From Eledone cirrhosa (taxonomy: Eukaryota): a stretch of 64,000 nt of DNA. The notes beneath the pieces are model-generated. The model made no database searches. It was not told the DNA's origin and worked only from the letters and a program-made list of their open reading frames with translations. Positions 59,840-64,000 of this stretch are shown here, in pieces (the stretch's first letter is position 1; every line of letters starts with the position of its first letter). Position numbers and translations under genes: made by a program. The stretch covers positions 166,284,001 through 166,348,000 of the forward strand of contig OZ024740.1 in NCBI GenBank assembly GCA_964016885.1, in the 5' to 3' direction.

Positions 59840-60341
59840 ATTTAGGAACAGTTTAGGTATGATACATTTTATTACTAATTATATCTAAATGTTTCTTCTC
59901 TCTTCATAATGTATTTTTAACTCTGATACTGGTTCAGTCTAGTTCAACCGGATTGGTCTGTCCCAGTCATTCATTGAGCAACATCGGTGAAGTTGGCACC
60001 CTTAACTCACAGTTGGGTGCGGATGCATTCATGTATATATGTGTGTGTCCGCATGTATCTGTGTGTTTCTAAATATATTAATAACTCCCTCTGGTCGAGC
60101 AATCTTTGAAGTGTGGGGACAACTGGAAAGCTTCCATTACTCATACTTCTCGCCTTCTTCACTACCTCTTCTACGGCCTCGATATGAATACCCCCTCCGC
60201 CTCCGTGGTATTTTCTTCGTGGTTATAAGAGGCTTAGCTCTGTTTCTCGACCGTTATATCGCGTGACTATCTCCCCCTCCGCCTTTTGGGATTCTTTCTC
60301 ACGTCGTGTAGACGCGTTCTTGAGACTAGTAAAATGAGGTA

Positions 60342-60429
60342 TCCTCTTGATAAGTCGGCAGACCTCGCAAGGACTCTATATCTTTGATATATTGTTTTTG
60401 TTTATGCCACGAAACTACGTAGTCGAGGA
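60342..60429 (+). ncRNA. Type I HHR (family H, copy 2)
   Basis: Identical to 59752-59839. Confidence 0.82.
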
Positions 60430-60659
60430 ATTTAGGAACAGTTTAGGTATGATACATTTTATTACTAATTATATCTAAATGTTTCTTCTCTCTTCATAAT
60501 GTATTTTTAACTCTGATACTGGTTCAGTCTAGTTCAACCGGATTGGTCTGTCCCAGTCATTCATTGAGCAACATCGGTGAAGTTGGCACCCTTAACTCAC
60601 AGTTGGGTGCGGATGCATTCATGTATATATGTGTGTGTCCGCATGTATCTGTGTGTTTC

Positions 60660-60706
<47 letters not shown>

Positions 60707-61460
60707 TGTGTGTGTGTGTAGATATTTAGTAATGCAAAACCACAAGCAATAACATAAAATACAGTATTCTCTTGAAAAGAGATCCATCGAGAGAGTAGCG
60801 TATACTGGCAACCTTTTGGGGGAAAATCAATTGCTAGTAAGATTCTTTAGGGGTTCTATCCTGTATTTTCTTCCAATAATTTTAAAACCGAATTCTGAAG
60901 AAATAGATCCTCTTAAAAGTCACAAACAACAGTTATTTTATAAGCAAATCAATATGCATAATTTCTGGCTCATTTTACCACAAATTAAAGGAGGTTTAAC
61001 CAGGTATAAGTCATTTACAAATGTATGGGCTCGAGAAATGTAACTTTGTATGTCGAGCTAAATGTTTAAGGAAATTGCTAACTAAATATTCATTTCATTT
61101 TGGATTATGTTTTTATAAAACAATTACTGAATTACTGAGGTTATTGGTCAGGTAAACTGTTCAAACATACATATGATTAATCAGTCCAGCCATGGTCATG
61201 CCATCATTCAATGTTTGCATATTATATTTAGAACTACTTTCTCCAATGTGTCCATTATTTTAAGACAGCAATATTTTAATTGAAGCGAATGCAAATGCTA
61301 TATCTAATAAAACGATGGGAACCGTGTAGAGGCTTTCACCTTGGAAACGCATGAAATCTTGTGAGCTACCAACACATCGAATATTAGGCCTCTTATATTG
61401 CTTTTGTTTTGATAGGAGGTCAACATATGGATATGAATATGTTCCGATAAACTGACTCAC

Positions 61461-61633
61461 CTTTCCTACAGGGTATGAAGAGGAAATGTTTGCTGGTAAA
61501 CCAGTTACAAATGTAGTGTTACGGGAATTGATTCTACCAGCAAAAACACTGAAACAGCCCAAAAGGAGGATGTCTTTAAGTGAGTGTTCAACCTCATAGA
61601 AACAGAAGTTGGCATTCATTCCAGTCATATCTC
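61461..61633 (-). other. Candidate spliced exon (173 nt)
   Basis: ttcttctttgaaatag| acceptor, AAG|GTGAGT donor, open frame; product not recognised. Confidence 0.3.
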
Positions 61634-62804
61634 CTATTTCAAAGAAGAACAGAACAAGTTAGGAAATGTATCTACTTTGCTTTAAATACGGTATGGTCAT
61701 GGTAGGAATGCCTTTGATCATAATCGTGCTTTATCAGGGCCGACTTAGATCTAAATACAACACCAATCATTTATAGCTTTGTTACAATGCTAGATATTTT
61801 TGTGAGAAGAGAACCGTCGATAATGCTGTCTCCAAATTATGACTGGTACATAATCCTATCGACCACCGGAATAATGGAAATAAACGCTTATCTAGTTAAG
61901 ATTTTAACACAGAATGCAAAGAGAAATAAATATAGATGTAGTGTGGCATTTGTTTCAATGTTAGTAGGAAACTAAATGGCGGGATGTTGACACATTGAAG
62001 GTCCTGTTCTGAATGTTTGCAAAGAATGGACTCTGGGGAAGGTACTCAAGGACCAGTTAGGGGTTGTAAACTAAGCGACACTTTCCATCTACTACACATT
62101 TGATAGCATGGCTTGGTCGATTCTGCCAATCTACTCCTTTAACAATAACAATATCACCTTATCCCCACCACAAACATCATTAACAGCAGCAACAGCAGCA
62201 ACAATAACACACACGATAAAATTAACAACAATTGCACATAAAAAGTTCCCTTAAAATAAAAGAATTTAAAGAAACGAGTAGAAAAATAAATCCGCCACAC
62301 TAAGTATGACTTTGTGACAGTTCTTTCAAGCTCATTAATCATTCATTTAACTAAAGTAAAAGTGCTGATACATCTTCATCAGTATTAACTGGTAGTTCTC
62401 AGGATTTCTCTTCTATTTCCCTCTTTGTTCTCTTTATCCAATTGTCTGTTTGTCTACATATTCACCTTGTACAGCCCTACTCAATTTATGATTAGCTTGT
62501 TTTATTTCGTTTATTTTCTCATATAAAACTAACTACACCATGCCTCGACTGACAACTAGAGCACGGAAATCTTAAACAATTCATACTGGTAGTGCAAATC
62601 AAATGTGAAAATAAGTGGCAAAGTACGTTCATTAGTCTAGCAGAAGAAAACATAAAACATGAAGCATCATACCAAATGTAAAAAGAAGTTAAAATAGTGT
62701 TAAATATAAAATAGGACAACTTCAGAAAAAAAAATACGAGTACTCTCTCTCACACACACACGCTCATATATGTGCATAATAAGATAAGAAAATTTAATCA
62801 CCTT

Positions 62805-62866
<62 letters not shown>

Positions 62867-63468
62867 GGTGGTTGCCAACTGGTTTTCGAGTACGGCCACT
62901 ACTTTATATCCATGTATTAGAACCCTACCGATGCGCTGAACGAGTATGACTTTTTACTCCAGCCAGCGACTTGAAAACTATGGTACAAACACCACACTTG
63001 TGACAATTATTGACACATAGTGCTAGGCCCATGGTACCATCTGACGACAAGTGCAGAGAGATCTCCAGATATAAAGCAATGCCTGAGCCGTGAAGCTTTT
63101 ATAGTGAGCAAAGGCACTGCACAAAGCCAGTCCCACTCTCTTAATCAAGATGATATTTACCAAAAAGAAGAACAAGTCAACATCATTGGTTACCATCAGG
63201 ATTGCAGGTGTTATATCAGAGTTTTTCTTCTCCTAAAATTCTGCCTTGACAAAGGCTAAGGGGTCATCACTCCCGGTGATATTGGATGGCCATTGACTCT
63301 TAAGAGCGCTTTTGCCCTTTGACAGGTTTTGTTTTTAGTCCTGCAGGATGTCCAAAGTCACCCTCCTCAACAAAAAACCTTGGTGGGGTTGCCAGTTTAG
63401 TCGCCAACGACCCTACCATGAGACAGGTTGTACTGGGATACATGTTACCAGTAGCACCAACTGGTGAC
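62867..63468 (-). mobile_element. Second copy of the ~600-bp repeat at 6594-7196
   Basis: Reverse-complement similarity over the full length. Confidence 0.85.
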
Positions 63469-64000
63469 CTGACTCTATGTATATAGTGTATATATATATA
63501 TATATATATACAAACACACATTCACACACAAGTATGTTTGCGCATATATGAAACTAAATATATCAGTTTGTGATAGTTTATATGTGTATCGATGTTTTAT
63601 AATTTTAAGGTTTTATACTATAAAAAAAATGTAAGTACACTAAAGAGTCATTAGTCTTTCAGTGAATAGAAAAGAATACAGCACGGATAAAAATGTGACT
63701 AAAGGAGTTGTATATAAGAATAAGAAAATCCAAGTTGCAATAAACAAAAAAAAAATGACAAGAAGATAGAGAGAAGAACGTAAGCCAAATTAAAACTAGA
63801 TTTTAAAATACTCTATTACAAGAATGATGCAGCTAAAGAAATAAGTATGACTATTAAATAGTTTCTCGTAAGTATTGAAAATACACACACACACACATAT
63901 TATATATATATATATATATATATGGAGAGAGAGAGAGATGTATGTAGGTAAATATATATTATGCGACAATACAGAATCTTTGAATTACATACTGATTCAA

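Larger units (their letters stand above)
59513..60668 (+). mobile_element. Retrozyme-like element, family H: inverted arm plus 1.75 tandem copies of a 590-bp unit with two HHRs
   Basis: 59636-60078 = 60226-60668; 59513-59637 is the reverse complement of 59789-59913; (TA)n on both sides; no credible ORF. Confidence 0.88.

Overview
AT-rich, microsatellite-saturated animal genomic DNA. The SINE family and repeat make-up suggest an octopus or other cephalopod (inference). It is almost all repeats, with at most one or two host exons (53.2-53.8 kb, 61.5 kb). The only long real ORF (36831-39248, +) is a nearly intact Penelope-like retroelement (PLE) of the Naiad type, with RT plus C-terminal GIY-YIG, a 1.7-kb inverted 5' copy of its own 3' end and a hammerhead ribozyme (HHR) in the pLTR. 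A second, decayed Naiad lies at 27.3-29.3 kb. By eye I find about 8 sequence-unrelated families of short non-coding elements sitting in (TA)n tracts. Most follow one plan: (TA)n - inverted arm - type I HHR - short 3' tail - (TA)n. Some are partial tandem arrays of 430-590-nt monomers resembling retrozymes. Several HHRs are atypical (U3-A8 core covariation, 50-115-nt stem II domains, palindromic stem III). The tails of at least six unrelated families share a covarying hairpin with a 2-nt 3' bulge (RYUC-UR...YA-UY-GARY), and the inverted arms start 5-12 nt upstream of it. This is a candidate cis element for the telomerase-related PLE RT, and I know of no description of it. Also present: tRNA-derived SINEs, a decayed hAT (Buster/Charlie) transposase, R4/Dong-type and CR1-like LINE 3' ends, Helitron-like elements, MITEs and minisatellites. 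All RNA folds were made by eye, nothing was computed, and coordinates of degenerate repeats are approximate.
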